DNA from: Herbiconiux sp.
GTDB taxonomy: Bacteria > Actinomycetota > Actinomycetes > Actinomycetales > Microbacteriaceae
Direction of reading: 5' to 3'
Length of the DNA: 64,000 nucleotides
NCBI RefSeq assembly: GCF_004297105.1
Contig: NZ_SCVE01000018.1
Span: 12,668 to 76,667, forward strand
Shown here: one piece after another, positions 36,217 to 45,026 of the stretch
Layout of the letters: the number at the start of each line of letters is the position of its first letter
Numbering within the stretch: the stretch's first letter is position 1
Program-made: the position numbers and the translations under genes
The notes under the pieces: generated by a model
Seen by the model: the letters and a program-made list of their open reading frames with translations, nothing else
What the model was told of the DNA's origin: nothing
The model's database searches: none

Positions 36217-37923
36217 TCAGCCTGCGGTCGCAGCGACGACGACGACGCCACCGATGGTCAGGACGATGTTGCCCACCGCGTAGGGGATCGTGAAGCCGAG
36301 AAGTGGAATGCTGCTTCGAGCGCGTTCTCGCACGGCGCCCACGGCGGCCGTGGTGGTGAGCGCACCAGCCAGCATGCCGAGAATCAGCACCGGCTCCGTC
36401 CTGCGGAAGAGGAATCGGCCGGCGACGGTCATGACGAACAGCGGTACCAGCGTGACGGCGGCTCCCGCGATGAGCAGGCCCACGCCGTACTGGCTCAGCC
36501 CTTCGATGAAACCCGGCCCGGCATCGATGCCGACGATGGCGACGAACATCGCAAGGCCCACGGTCTCGAAGAACCACTGCGCCCCCGGAGGGATGTTTCC
36601 GAAGGTCGGACGCTTCGAGCGCCGCCATCCGAGCACGAGCCCGACGAGCAGCACTCCGACGCTCGAGGTGAGCGAGAGCGGTACGTCTCCCACCAGGAGG
36701 CTCGGCACGCCGATGAGCGCACCGAGAGCGATACCGAATCCGATGGTGACGATGTCGGTCTTGGGATCTGTGCGCTCGGGCCGGCCGACGGCCGCGATGC
36801 CGCTCTCGAGCAGCTCCACGGGACCTTGGACGCGCAGTTCGTCGCCTGCCCGGAGCACCGTCGTCGACGTGACCGGAATGACCTGGCCGGCCCGGGTGAT
36901 CCGGGTGGCGAAGATGCGGCGTGAGCGCGAGTCGCCGCGGAGGTCGGCGACCGTACGGCCGATCGCGTCCTCGCTGGTCACGACGATGTCGAGCTCCTCC
37001 ACAGGGAAATCGAGGAGCTCCTGGTCGGCGACCTCGACCCCGCTGGTCTCCCGGTACTGGGCGATCACGGCGGGCGTGGATCCGGTGATGACGATCACGT
37101 CATTCGGAACGAGGACCTCCGCGGGGTCGGGTTCGACCACGGACGCCCCTCGCCGCAGTCGTGCGACGTAGATGTGCGAACCCGCGGCCTCATAGGCAGC
37201 GTCCTCGAGTTCGCGCACCGTTCGTGGCACGAACTCCGGGGCCAGGCGGTACGACCGTCGCGCGACAGGCTCGAACGCGCTCCGGACATCCGGCGCATCC
37301 TCGCGGAACCCGAGCTTCTGTTCGAGATCCCGCGCGGCGAGAGGAAGATCTCTGATGCCCAGAAGGCGGGGTGCGAGGAGGGAGATGAACAGCGCCGCGC
37401 CGACGGTGCCGAAGATATAGGTGACCGCGTAGGCGACGGGCACGAGGTCGCTCCACTGCGCGGCCGCACCGGCATCGACCGGCAGTCCGCCGATGGCGTC
37501 TTGCGCCACTCCGATGATGGCGGACTGGGTCAGGCCGCCGCTGGCGAGCCCCGCTGCGACACCCGGGTTGTACCCCAGCGCAAGACTGATGCCGATTGTC
37601 ACTGCCAGACCCACGACAGCCGTCAGTACGGCGAACAAGGCCTGCGGGAGACCGGAGCGTCTGAGGCCCGAGAAGAACTGGGGTCCGAGTTTGTAGCCGA
37701 GCGAGAAGAGGAAGAGGAGGAAGAAGGTCTGCTTCCTCACCGGCGCGACCTGGAGATCGCCCCCGATGAGCACCCCGAAGACGACCCCCACCAGCAGCGT
37801 CGAGGTCACCGTGCCCAGACCGATCCCGCGCACGGTGACGCGGCCGAGGAGGAATCCGAAGCCGAGGGTGGCGAACACCACGATCTCCGGGCGGGCGACG
37901 AGCGTGTCGTGGATCCAGTGCAT
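36217..37923 (-). CDS. aspT: aspartate:alanine exchanger (AAE) family transporter with central twin TrkA-C/RCK_C domains
   Basis: Met14 of track ORF 36217..37962, behind a GGGGAGGAGG Shine-Dalgarno. LFLFSLGYKLGPQFF, two 5-TM bundles flanking two RCK_C-like segments (VPNDVIVITG.., LRAGDELRVQG). Substrate specificity is inferred from the adjacent aspD. Confidence 0.78.
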   Translation of the reverse strand: MHWIHDTLVARPEIVVFATLGFGFLLGRVTVRGIGLGTVTSTLLVGVVFGVLIGGDLQVAPVRKQTFFLLFLFSLGYKLGPQFFSGLRRSGLPQALFAVLTAVVGLAVTIGISLALGYNPGVAAGLASGGLTQSAIIGVAQDAIGGLPVDAGAAAQWSDLVPVAYAVTYIFGTVGAALFISLLAPRLLGIRDLPLAARDLEQKLGFREDAPDVRSAFEPVARRSYRLAPEFVPRTVRELEDAAYEAAGSHIYVARLRRGASVVEPDPAEVLVPNDVIVITGSTPAVIAQYRETSGVEVADQELLDFPVEELDIVVTSEDAIGRTVADLRGDSRSRRIFATRITRAGQVIPVTSTTVLRAGDELRVQGPVELLESGIAAVGRPERTDPKTDIVTIGFGIALGALIGVPSLLVGDVPLSLTSSVGVLLVGLVLGWRRSKRPTFGNIPPGAQWFFETVGLAMFVAIVGIDAGPGFIEGLSQYGVGLLIAGAAVTLVPLFVMTVAGRFLFRRTEPVLILGMLAGALTTTAAVGAVRERARSSIPLLGFTIPYAVGNIVLTIGGVVVVAATAG

Positions 37924-37977
37924 CCTGCGCCTCCTCCCCGGGGCAGGATCTCTCCGAATCACGCCTTCCCCAAAAAA

Positions 37978-38709
37978 TTACGAGGAGTGCTCCGATTGCG
38001 CAAGGGTCGTGCCGTGGGTGTCTCGAAGGGCTGCCGCACCGACGCAGACGACCCAGATCAGCCAGGGGAACGTCGCGAGCAGCACCGTCGCTCCCCCGCC
38101 CGCGGCGAAGAACGAATCAGGACTCGTTCCCCCGAACATCGTGGGCAGCGAGAGCAGGTTCAGGGCGGCGACGCCGTAGGCGAGATGGCCCGTCCAGCGC
38201 GGCAGCGCTCCGGAGGCGATGATGACATAGGCGGCCGATGCGGTGACAAGCGCTGTCAGCGTGCATCCGATCGTCCCGAACATCAGTGTGTCGCCGACGG
38301 TCAGGGCGCGGAGTGACGACGGATCGGGCGCGAGTCCGATCGTGTCGAGTGCGGTGGCACCCTCGAAGGCGTCGCCCGCCAGGGTGACCCCTACCAGGAG
38401 CAGCCCCGAACCGTACATGATGCCCGTCACCCACTGCAGGTCGGGCCGGATCCTCGTGATGAGCTGACGGAAGCCAGAGATGAACACGATGATCGCCGAC
38501 AGGAGGAACGTGTCGAACAGCGCGGTGAACAGGAGACGATTCGCCGCCGACGACACGGATGCGCTGAGCGCGTCGGCCGAGTCGATCGGCGGAGCAGGCG
38601 AGAACAGCACGAGCTGCAGCACGAACTCGGCGAGCGTCAGCACGCCGACCGCTATGGCGGCGATCCCGGTCCAGCGTCGCACATCGGGCCCGGGACGACG
38701 ATCGTTCAT
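37978..38709 (-). CDS. polytopic membrane protein (DUF4386-like)
   Basis: Met19 of track ORF 37978..38763. Six or seven hydrophobic helices. The family call is tentative. Confidence 0.6.
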   Translation of the reverse strand: MNDRRPGPDVRRWTGIAAIAVGVLTLAEFVLQLVLFSPAPPIDSADALSASVSSAANRLLFTALFDTFLLSAIIVFISGFRQLITRIRPDLQWVTGIMYGSGLLLVGVTLAGDAFEGATALDTIGLAPDPSSLRALTVGDTLMFGTIGCTLTALVTASAAYVIIASGALPRWTGHLAYGVAALNLLSLPTMFGGTSPDSFFAAGGGATVLLATFPWLIWVVCVGAAALRDTHGTTLAQSEHSS

Positions 38710-38789
38710 GTCATCGGCCTTGACGGCGTGCTTGTTTTTTGCAAGTGTGTACAGCGTCCACATACGGACCCTACGTCGAGGAGACCACG

Positions 38790-39230
38790 ATGACCACCAT
38801 GATGTTCGTCAACCTGCCGGTGACCGACCTGGAGCGCGCGAAGACGTTCTACACGGCCATCGGATTCACCGTCAACCCGAAGTTCACCGACCACAACGCC
38901 TCCTGCGTCGTGGTGGAGCCCGACCACAGCGCCTTCATGCTGCTGACCCGCGAGTACTTCCAGACCTTCAGCTCGCGGCCGATCGGTGACCCCTCGAAAG
39001 AGGTCTCGGTGTCCACCGCGATCTTCGTCGACACGCGCGACGACGTCGACAGCGCCGTCACGGCAGGGCTCGCCGCCGGCGGCACCGAGGCGCAGGAAGC
39101 ATCCGACTACGGATTCATGTACCAGCGGCAGCTCACCGACCCCGACGGCAACATCATCGAGTTCGGCTGGATGGACCCGGTCGCCGCCGAGCAGGGCCCC
39201 GAGGCCTTCGCCGAGCAGCAGCAGGGCTGA
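38790..39230 (+). CDS. VOC (glyoxalase/bleomycin-resistance fold) family protein
   Basis: Met18 of track ORF 38739..39230, behind a GAGGAG Shine-Dalgarno. MFVNLPVTDLERAKTFYTAIGF...DPDGNIIEF. Confidence 0.85.
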   Translation: MTTMMFVNLPVTDLERAKTFYTAIGFTVNPKFTDHNASCVVVEPDHSAFMLLTREYFQTFSSRPIGDPSKEVSVSTAIFVDTRDDVDSAVTAGLAAGGTEAQEASDYGFMYQRQLTDPDGNIIEFGWMDPVAAEQGPEAFAEQQQG

Positions 39231-39246
39231 GGACGGCGGGACGCCG

Positions 39247-39888
39247 ATGGCCGCACGCGATTACGGGCAGTACTCCGGCATCACCCGCGCCATGGAACTC
39301 GTGGGTGAGCGCTGGGCGCTGCTGATCGTGCGCGATCTGCTGGTGGGACCGCGCCGGTACGGAGAGCTCGCGGCGGGGCTGCACCGCATCCCGAGCAACA
39401 TCCTCGCGGCGCGCCTGAAGGAGCTGCAGGCGGCGGGCGTGATCAGGCGGGCACCGCGGTCACGCGTGATCGTGTACGAGCTGACGCCGTACGGCCGCGA
39501 GCTCGAACCGGTGGTGCTGGCACTGGGCGCCTGGGGCTTCAAGGCCCTCGACGATCCGCGACCCGAGCAGCTCATCACTCCGGAATCGATGACGATGGAC
39601 CTCCGCAGCGCCTTCCGCCCGGATGTCGCCCTCGAGCTGCCGGCCACGGCCTACGCGGCGCGGCTCGGCTCCACGGAGCTGCTCATCCGCGTCGATGGCT
39701 CGAGTCTCGACGTGCGACCGGGCGACGGCCCGGTCGACCTCGCCTTCTCTTCCGACGCCGGTATCCGCCACCTCATCTCGGGCGAACTCACCCCGCAGCA
39801 CGCCCTCGATTCGGGCACGATCGAAGTCCTCCGGGGCCACGAACACCTCCTCACCCGCTTCGCGACCACCTTCCACCTGGCCGCCTGA
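39247..39888 (+). CDS. HxlR-family winged-helix transcriptional regulator with C-terminal SCP2-like extension
   Basis: Met88 of track ORF 38986..39888. ITRAMELVGERWALLIVRDLLVGPRRYGEL...IPSNILAARLKELQAAGVI.R......VIVYELTPYG. Confidence 0.88.
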   Translation: MAARDYGQYSGITRAMELVGERWALLIVRDLLVGPRRYGELAAGLHRIPSNILAARLKELQAAGVIRRAPRSRVIVYELTPYGRELEPVVLALGAWGFKALDDPRPEQLITPESMTMDLRSAFRPDVALELPATAYAARLGSTELLIRVDGSSLDVRPGDGPVDLAFSSDAGIRHLISGELTPQHALDSGTIEVLRGHEHLLTRFATTFHLAA

Positions 39889-40043
39889 GCTGGCGTCATT
39901 GAAGCTGATCATTCCTCGCTGTGGGCATGTTCGCGGCATCCGAAAACAGGAACCGGTCGTCCCGAGACACGCCTGCCTCATCCGATAGCCGCGTCGGCCG
40001 GCGCGCCTAACCTGAAGAGCACCACCACGAGCGAGGAGGGGGT

Positions 40044-40865
40044 GTGCCGGTGCGTGCTGTTCCCGAGTCGCTCGATTCCGGCGTGGTCGCGGAGATCGAT
40101 CGGCGTCTCCACTCCGTGGGCTCCGCCCACGACGTGACCATCCTCTGGGCCATCGAGAGCGGAAGCCGTGCGTGGGGCTTCCCGTCGCCCGACAGCGACT
40201 ACGACTGCAGGTTCCTCTTCGCCCGGCCGGCCGACCACTACCTCTCCCTCTGGCCGGATCGCGATGTGATCGAGACCCCGCTCGACGAGATCTTCGACGT
40301 GAACGGGTGGGATCTCGCGAAGGCAGTGAAGCTCGTCGCGAAGGGAAATGCCACGGCGATCGAGTGGCTCCGGTCACCGATCATCTACGAGGGCTCGCCG
40401 ACGTTCCGCGACGACATGCTGGAGTTCGCCGAGGCGGTCGTGGAGCGCGCATCCATCGGTCGTCACTACCTGCACGTCGCTCAGCAGCAGAAGACCGGCA
40501 GCCCGTCACTCAAACGCGTGTTCTACGTGCTCCGGCCCGTGATGGCACTGCGGTGGCTGCGCGTGCACCCGTCGGCGGTCATCCCGCCCATGGATCTTCC
40601 GACCCTGCTGGCCGAGAGCGACGTCGAGCGCTCGGTGAGCGATGCCATCACCGACCTCGTGGCGGCGAAGGCGATCACGCGCGAGCTCGGCGCGGGATCC
40701 GCTCCCCCGCTGCTGGAGCGATTCATCGAGGAGGAACTGCGTCTCGGAGAGCAGTTCGACCAGCTGCCGCGGGAACGCGATGCGGCTCACGTTCGACGAG
40801 AGGCCGACCGCTTCTTCCGCACTCAGCTCACCACTCGACCGGACACTCCCGCGCAACCCCGCTGA
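40044..40865 (+). CDS. Pol-beta-superfamily nucleotidyltransferase (COG3541 / RlaP-like)
   Basis: 273 aa. ILWAIESGSRAWGFPSPDSDYDCRFLF is the G[SG]-x9-13-D-x-D NTase motif. WDLAKAVKLVAKGNATAIEWLRSP. Confidence 0.78.
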   Translation: MPVRAVPESLDSGVVAEIDRRLHSVGSAHDVTILWAIESGSRAWGFPSPDSDYDCRFLFARPADHYLSLWPDRDVIETPLDEIFDVNGWDLAKAVKLVAKGNATAIEWLRSPIIYEGSPTFRDDMLEFAEAVVERASIGRHYLHVAQQQKTGSPSLKRVFYVLRPVMALRWLRVHPSAVIPPMDLPTLLAESDVERSVSDAITDLVAAKAITRELGAGSAPPLLERFIEEELRLGEQFDQLPRERDAAHVRREADRFFRTQLTTRPDTPAQPR

Positions 40866-40915
40866 TCCGTCACTTTCGGCCCTAAAACCACGCGGGAAGG
40901 GCCGGAAGTGACGGA
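40866..40915. terminator. long inverted repeat (18-bp stem, 1 mismatch, 14-nt loop) between convergent genes
   Basis: tccgtcactttcggccct (40866-40883) pairs with agggccggaagtgacgga (40898-40915). It starts 1 nt after the NTase stop and ends 18 nt before the GlsB-family gene stop. Confidence 0.55.
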
Positions 40916-40933
40916 TGGCGAGGAGGGAGGGGG

Positions 40934-41212
40934 TCAGCGGCGCACTGCGCGCCGGCCGGCGAAGCGGGTCCAGATGAGCAGCACGATGATCGCGCCGATG
41001 ATGGAGCCGATGATGCCGGCGGGCTGGAAGAAGCCGTCCATCGGGTCGTGCTGGAAGATCAGGAAGCCGAGGAAGCCGCCCACGAACGATCCGACGATCC
41101 CGAGCACGATGGTCATCAGGATCGACAGGTCCTGCTTTCCGGGAACGATGAGACGGGCGAGCGCCCCGGCGATGATGCCGATGACGATGAGGCTGATGAT
41201 GAGACCGATCAT
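40934..41212 (-). CDS. GlsB/YeaQ/YmgE-family stress-response membrane protein
   Basis: Met15 of track ORF 40934..41254. MIGLIISLIVIGIIAGALARLIVPGKQ.LS...TIVLGIVGSFVGGFLG. Confidence 0.88.
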   Translation of the reverse strand: MIGLIISLIVIGIIAGALARLIVPGKQDLSILMTIVLGIVGSFVGGFLGFLIFQHDPMDGFFQPAGIIGSIIGAIIVLLIWTRFAGRRAVRR

Positions 41213-41312
41213 GGTGGGATTCCTTCTGGAGTTCAGGATGCACGGAGTGCGCATCTCGCCGCCGACCTGGGCCGACTCATCTCAGCGAAGCACGGCGCGC
41301 GGGTGGCCGGGT

Positions 41313-41326
41313 CACCCCTAGGGGTG
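41313..41326. promoter_or_regulatory. perfect 14-bp palindrome CACCCCTAGGGGTG upstream of the orphan LuxR-type regulator
   Basis: Read directly, 35 nt upstream of ATG 41362. The 2-nt centre makes an RNA hairpin unlikely, so a dimeric protein-binding site is more plausible. Confidence 0.4.
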
Positions 41327-41361
41327 GTCTTCCCCTCCCCTCGCAGGTGTACCGTCAAGGC

Positions 41362-42036
41362 ATGAGCACCGTCACCAGCGAAGGACGACCCATCCGGGTG
41401 GCCCTCGTCGACGACTACGACGTGGTGCTGGCGGGGCTCGCCCACATGTTCGACCACTATCGCGACCGCATCCTCGTGTGCGAGATCGACGCGAACGCCA
41501 CCCTCGACGACCAGGTGGACATCGTCTTGTACGACTCGTTCGCCCAGCCCGAGTCCGACCAGCAGGAGCTCGGTGCCCTCGTGCGCAACCCCCGCGCGAG
41601 CCGCGTCGTGGTCTACACCTGGAACTTCCACCCCGAGCTCGTGCAGAGCGCCCGGCAGCAGGGCGTGCACGGCTACCTCTCGAAGACCCTCGCCGCCCGC
41701 GACCTGGTAGCCGCGCTCGAAGCCGTGCACGCCGGCGACACCGTCGTCAGCACACCGCCGCGACGGGCGAGCAGCGCGCTCGGTCTCGACTGGCCGGGCC
41801 GGCACGAGGGCCTCACCGACCGCGAGTCCGAGATCCTCGCGCTCATCACACAGGGCAAGAGCAATGCGGATGTCGCAACCCTCACGTACCTGAGCCCGAA
41901 CACCGTCAAGACCTACATCCGCAGCATCTATCGCAAGATCGACGTCACCAGCCGCACGCAGGCGGTGATCTGGGGAATCGAGCACGGGTTCGCCCCCGAC
42001 CACCACCGCATCGACCACTGGCTCGGCGGTCCGTAG
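41362..42036 (+). CDS. orphan response regulator, NarL/LuxR family
   Basis: ATG 41362 within track ORF 41347..42036. Receiver (VALVDDYD, DIVLYDSF, VVVYTWN, GYLSK) plus LuxR HTH (LTDRESEILALITQGKSNADVATLTYLSPNTVKTYIRSIYRKI). No adjacent kinase. Confidence 0.88.
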   Translation: MSTVTSEGRPIRVALVDDYDVVLAGLAHMFDHYRDRILVCEIDANATLDDQVDIVLYDSFAQPESDQQELGALVRNPRASRVVVYTWNFHPELVQSARQQGVHGYLSKTLAARDLVAALEAVHAGDTVVSTPPRRASSALGLDWPGRHEGLTDRESEILALITQGKSNADVATLTYLSPNTVKTYIRSIYRKIDVTSRTQAVIWGIEHGFAPDHHRIDHWLGGP

Positions 42037-42051
42037 CCACCTGACGGCGGC

Positions 42052-42080
42052 GGCGGATGAATCCGGGTCATTCCTCCGCC
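42052..42080 (+). terminator. stem-loop after the orphan regulator gene
   Basis: ggcggatgaat-ccgggtc-attcctccgcc forms an 11-bp stem with one mismatch. It begins 16 nt after the TAG stop (42034-42036). Confidence 0.45.
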
Positions 42081-42160
42081 GGCGCCCGCGTGCCCTGGTT
42101 CACCGGGTACGCAGGCGCTGCACCCGAGAGGGACCCGCGAGGTCGACCGGCAGTGAGCCC

Positions 42161-43198
42161 TTACCGCCAGCCGAGGGCCGGAGCCACCTCCGTGAGGATC
42201 GATTCGATCACGTGGGCGTTGTACTCGACGCCCAGCTGGTTCGGCACGGTCAGGAGGAGGGTGTCGGCCTCGGCGATCGCCTCGTCGTCGGCCAGCTGCT
42301 GCACCAGGCGCTCCGGCTCCGCCGCGTAACTGCGACCGAAGATGGCCCGCATGCTCGCATCGATGTTGCCGATCTGGTCTTTGCCCTCCCCGGTGCCGCC
42401 GAAGTACGCGCGGTCGAGGTCGTTGGTGATGGCGAAGATGCTGCGGCTCACCGAGACACGCGGCTCGAAGCCGTGTCCGGCTTCCTTCCAGGCGTCGCGG
42501 AACTCGCGGATCTGCTTCGCCTGCTGCACGTGGAACGGCTCGCCCGACTCGTCGACCTTGAGCGTCGACGACTGCAGGTTCATGCCGAGTTCGGCCGCCC
42601 AGCGCGCGGTGGCGTTCGACGCGGCACCCCACCAGATGCGCTCGCGCAGGCCCTCGGAATGCGGTTCGATGCGCAGCAGACCGGGCGGATTGGGGAACAT
42701 CGGGCGCGGGTTCGGCTCGGCGAAGCCCTCGCCCTTCAGCACCTCGAGCAGCACCTTGGTGTGCTCACGGGCGAGGTCGGCATCATCCTGGCCCTCCCCC
42801 GGCTGGTAGCCGAAATAGCGCCATCCTTCGATGACCTGCTCGGGTGATCCCCGGCTGATTCCGAGCTGGAGTCTGCCCCGCGAGATGAGGTCGGCTGCGC
42901 CGGCATCCTCGGCCATGTAGAGGGGGTTCTCGTAGCGCATGTCGATCACGCCGGTACCGATCTCGATGGTCGAGGTGCGGGCACCGACCGCGGCGAGGAG
43001 GGGGAACGGGGAACCGAGCTGCCGGGCGAAGTGGTGAACCCGGAAGTACGCGCCATCCGCCCCCAGCTCCTCAGCGGCGACCGCGAGATCGATCGACTGG
43101 AGGAGGGTGTCGGATGCGCTGCGCGTCTGGGACTGCGGCGACGGCGTCCAGTGCCCGAAGGAGAGGAAGCCGATGCTCTTGCGATTCGTTGCGGTCAC
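42161..43198 (-). CDS. LLM-class (luciferase-like) flavin-dependent oxidoreductase
   Basis: GTG 43198 (Val73 of track ORF 42161..43414). IGFLSFGHWTP, VAAEELGADGAYFRVHHF, LQLGISRGSP. The start codon is inferred. Confidence 0.8.
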   Translation of the reverse strand: MTATNRKSIGFLSFGHWTPSPQSQTRSASDTLLQSIDLAVAAEELGADGAYFRVHHFARQLGSPFPLLAAVGARTSTIEIGTGVIDMRYENPLYMAEDAGAADLISRGRLQLGISRGSPEQVIEGWRYFGYQPGEGQDDADLAREHTKVLLEVLKGEGFAEPNPRPMFPNPPGLLRIEPHSEGLRERIWWGAASNATARWAAELGMNLQSSTLKVDESGEPFHVQQAKQIREFRDAWKEAGHGFEPRVSVSRSIFAITNDLDRAYFGGTGEGKDQIGNIDASMRAIFGRSYAAEPERLVQQLADDEAIAEADTLLLTVPNQLGVEYNAHVIESILTEVAPALGWR

Positions 43199-43301
43199 GC
43201 CGTGTGCAACGCCCGGGGCCGGGCGCGCATTCCATGCATTCGCAAGAAGTTCTCCCCTCGGTTGCGGGCGAGCATCGGTCAGGCTGTGAGCACGGACACG
43301 A

Positions 43302-45026
43302 TCAGGCTTCCGCGTGCACCCGGGCGCGCTCCACGGCCTCCCGCGCCAGCACGAGATAGCAGCTCGCCGTCCAGGTGTAGGCCCGGTCGCGGAGGGCTTC
43401 TCCCGTGAGCGCATCGAAGTTCTCGGCGAAGCCCGAGCGCTCGCAGAGGCGCAGGAAGCGGTGGCTCACGACATCCGCGAGCTCGGCGTGGCCGCTGTGC
43501 CGCAGCCCGTGCTCGACGAGGGCGGTGGACGGCGCCCAGATCGGCCCTCGCCAGTAGCCGTCACCCTCGTACTCGTCGGTGTCGACCCGCTGGGTGGCCG
43601 GCCCGAACTCGGTGAGATGCCCCGCGATCGTCTCCGCCACCCGCCGCACGACCTGATCCGGCAGGTGGTCCGCCGCGACGATCGGCAGCGCCGTGAGAAG
43701 CGACGTGGTCTTGCTCGCCCGACCGCTGAGAGCGCTCCGGGCGACGAACGCGTCGCCTTCCCAGAGGTGCAGCAGCGCACGGCCCATGGCGGCGCACTCC
43801 GCCTGCCACCGCGCAGCGTCGTCCTCGAGCCCGAGCTCGGTCGCGAGGTCGGCCAGCACGTCGAGCTGCACGGTGAGGAAGGCCGCGAGGTCGGGAGCCT
43901 CCACCACGCGATCGCGGTCGAACATGGTCGCGTTGTCCCACCCGCTGTCGTTGCCGTGCTGGTAGTGGGCGAGCGGATGGCCCGGCACGCGACGGTTCTC
44001 GAGCCAGAACCCGGTCCAGCGAGCCAGTGCGTCGTAGATCGTGCGGAGCACCCCGAGATCGAGTGGGGCCGGCAACGAGGCCCGGAGCCGGCGCAGCGCC
44101 CAGCCGTGGATCGGCGGCTTGACGAAGTTGTAGAGCACCTCGGAGTGCGTGACGGAGTCGGGGAGAGCCCCGCGGCCATCCTGGAGGTCGAAGACCACGA
44201 GGAACTGGTCGAGGGCCTCCGCCGGCAGCCCGGGTGAGAGCGCCAGGGCGTTGAAGCAGTGGTCCCAGCTCCAGACCTTGTCCATCCAGTGCTTCGACAT
44301 CAGGATCGACTCGCGCTCGAGGAACCCCCGCGGCGAGACGGTGGCCGACCAGAGCACGTAGCAGGCGCCGATCGCGGCGGGAGTGCTCTCGGTCCGCCAG
44401 GGGGCGATGCGGTCGACGTAGTCGTCGAACTCCGCCGCCACCGCGTCGCGCGCGGAGTCGAACGAGCGGTGCGGCACGAAGGGTGCCCGGGCCGCCTCGT
44501 ACTCCTCGATCACGATCTCCCACTCGTCGCCGCTCGCGGTGACCGCGCGCTCGGCTGCACCCAGCAGCTCGGCGCCGACGATGGTCAGTGCCCCCGACAG
44601 CGCCGTCACCCGGTACCGTCGGCCGGTCTCGTAGGAGGTGAACACGGCCGCGCCGTCGACCGGATCCTGGAAGAGGTAGGTGCCGGTGAACGGTGTGAGT
44701 TCGGTCGCCGCCTCGCCGATCCGCAGGTCGAGCGAACGACCTCGCACCCGAAGAGTGCTCTCGTCGTCGAAGACCGCCTCGATCGTGCCGTCGTCGGCGA
44801 TCCAAGTCAGCGCAGCGGCACAGACCTCCGTGGTCGTGGAGACGAGGACACCGTCACGACAGGGCTCGAACCCCAGAACCGCGTGCATGCCCGTCTGGTG
44901 GGAGACGAGGTGCAGGTTCTCCCGGGTCTCGTGCAGGGCCACCACGGGCGACAGGTCGAACCACGCGCCCCGGCGGCTGAACGGGATGTCGCGGATGTCG
45001 AATCCCGCCGCCGACGGTGCCGTCAC
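43302..45026 (-). CDS. (alpha/alpha)6-barrel glycoside hydrolase, GH63/MGH1-like (trehalase-like clan)
   Basis: GTG 45026 overlaps the GH127 stop (GTGA). WSWDHCFNALAL, HYQHGNDSGWDN, YWRGPIWAPS, FAENFDALTGE. Confidence 0.65.
   Translation of the reverse strand: MTAPSAAGFDIRDIPFSRRGAWFDLSPVVALHETRENLHLVSHQTGMHAVLGFEPCRDGVLVSTTTEVCAAALTWIADDGTIEAVFDDESTLRVRGRSLDLRIGEAATELTPFTGTYLFQDPVDGAAVFTSYETGRRYRVTALSGALTIVGAELLGAAERAVTASGDEWEIVIEEYEAARAPFVPHRSFDSARDAVAAEFDDYVDRIAPWRTESTPAAIGACYVLWSATVSPRGFLERESILMSKHWMDKVWSWDHCFNALALSPGLPAEALDQFLVVFDLQDGRGALPDSVTHSEVLYNFVKPPIHGWALRRLRASLPAPLDLGVLRTIYDALARWTGFWLENRRVPGHPLAHYQHGNDSGWDNATMFDRDRVVEAPDLAAFLTVQLDVLADLATELGLEDDAARWQAECAAMGRALLHLWEGDAFVARSALSGRASKTTSLLTALPIVAADHLPDQVVRRVAETIAGHLTEFGPATQRVDTDEYEGDGYWRGPIWAPSTALVEHGLRHSGHAELADVVSHRFLRLCERSGFAENFDALTGEALRDRAYTWTASCYLVLAREAVERARVHAEA

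Noticed and set aside
43210-43225. GC palindrome CGCCCGG-gg-CCGGGCG upstream of the LLM oxidoreductase start.
   Set aside because: It is short, with a 2-nt centre, and such GC palindromes arise by chance at this GC content.
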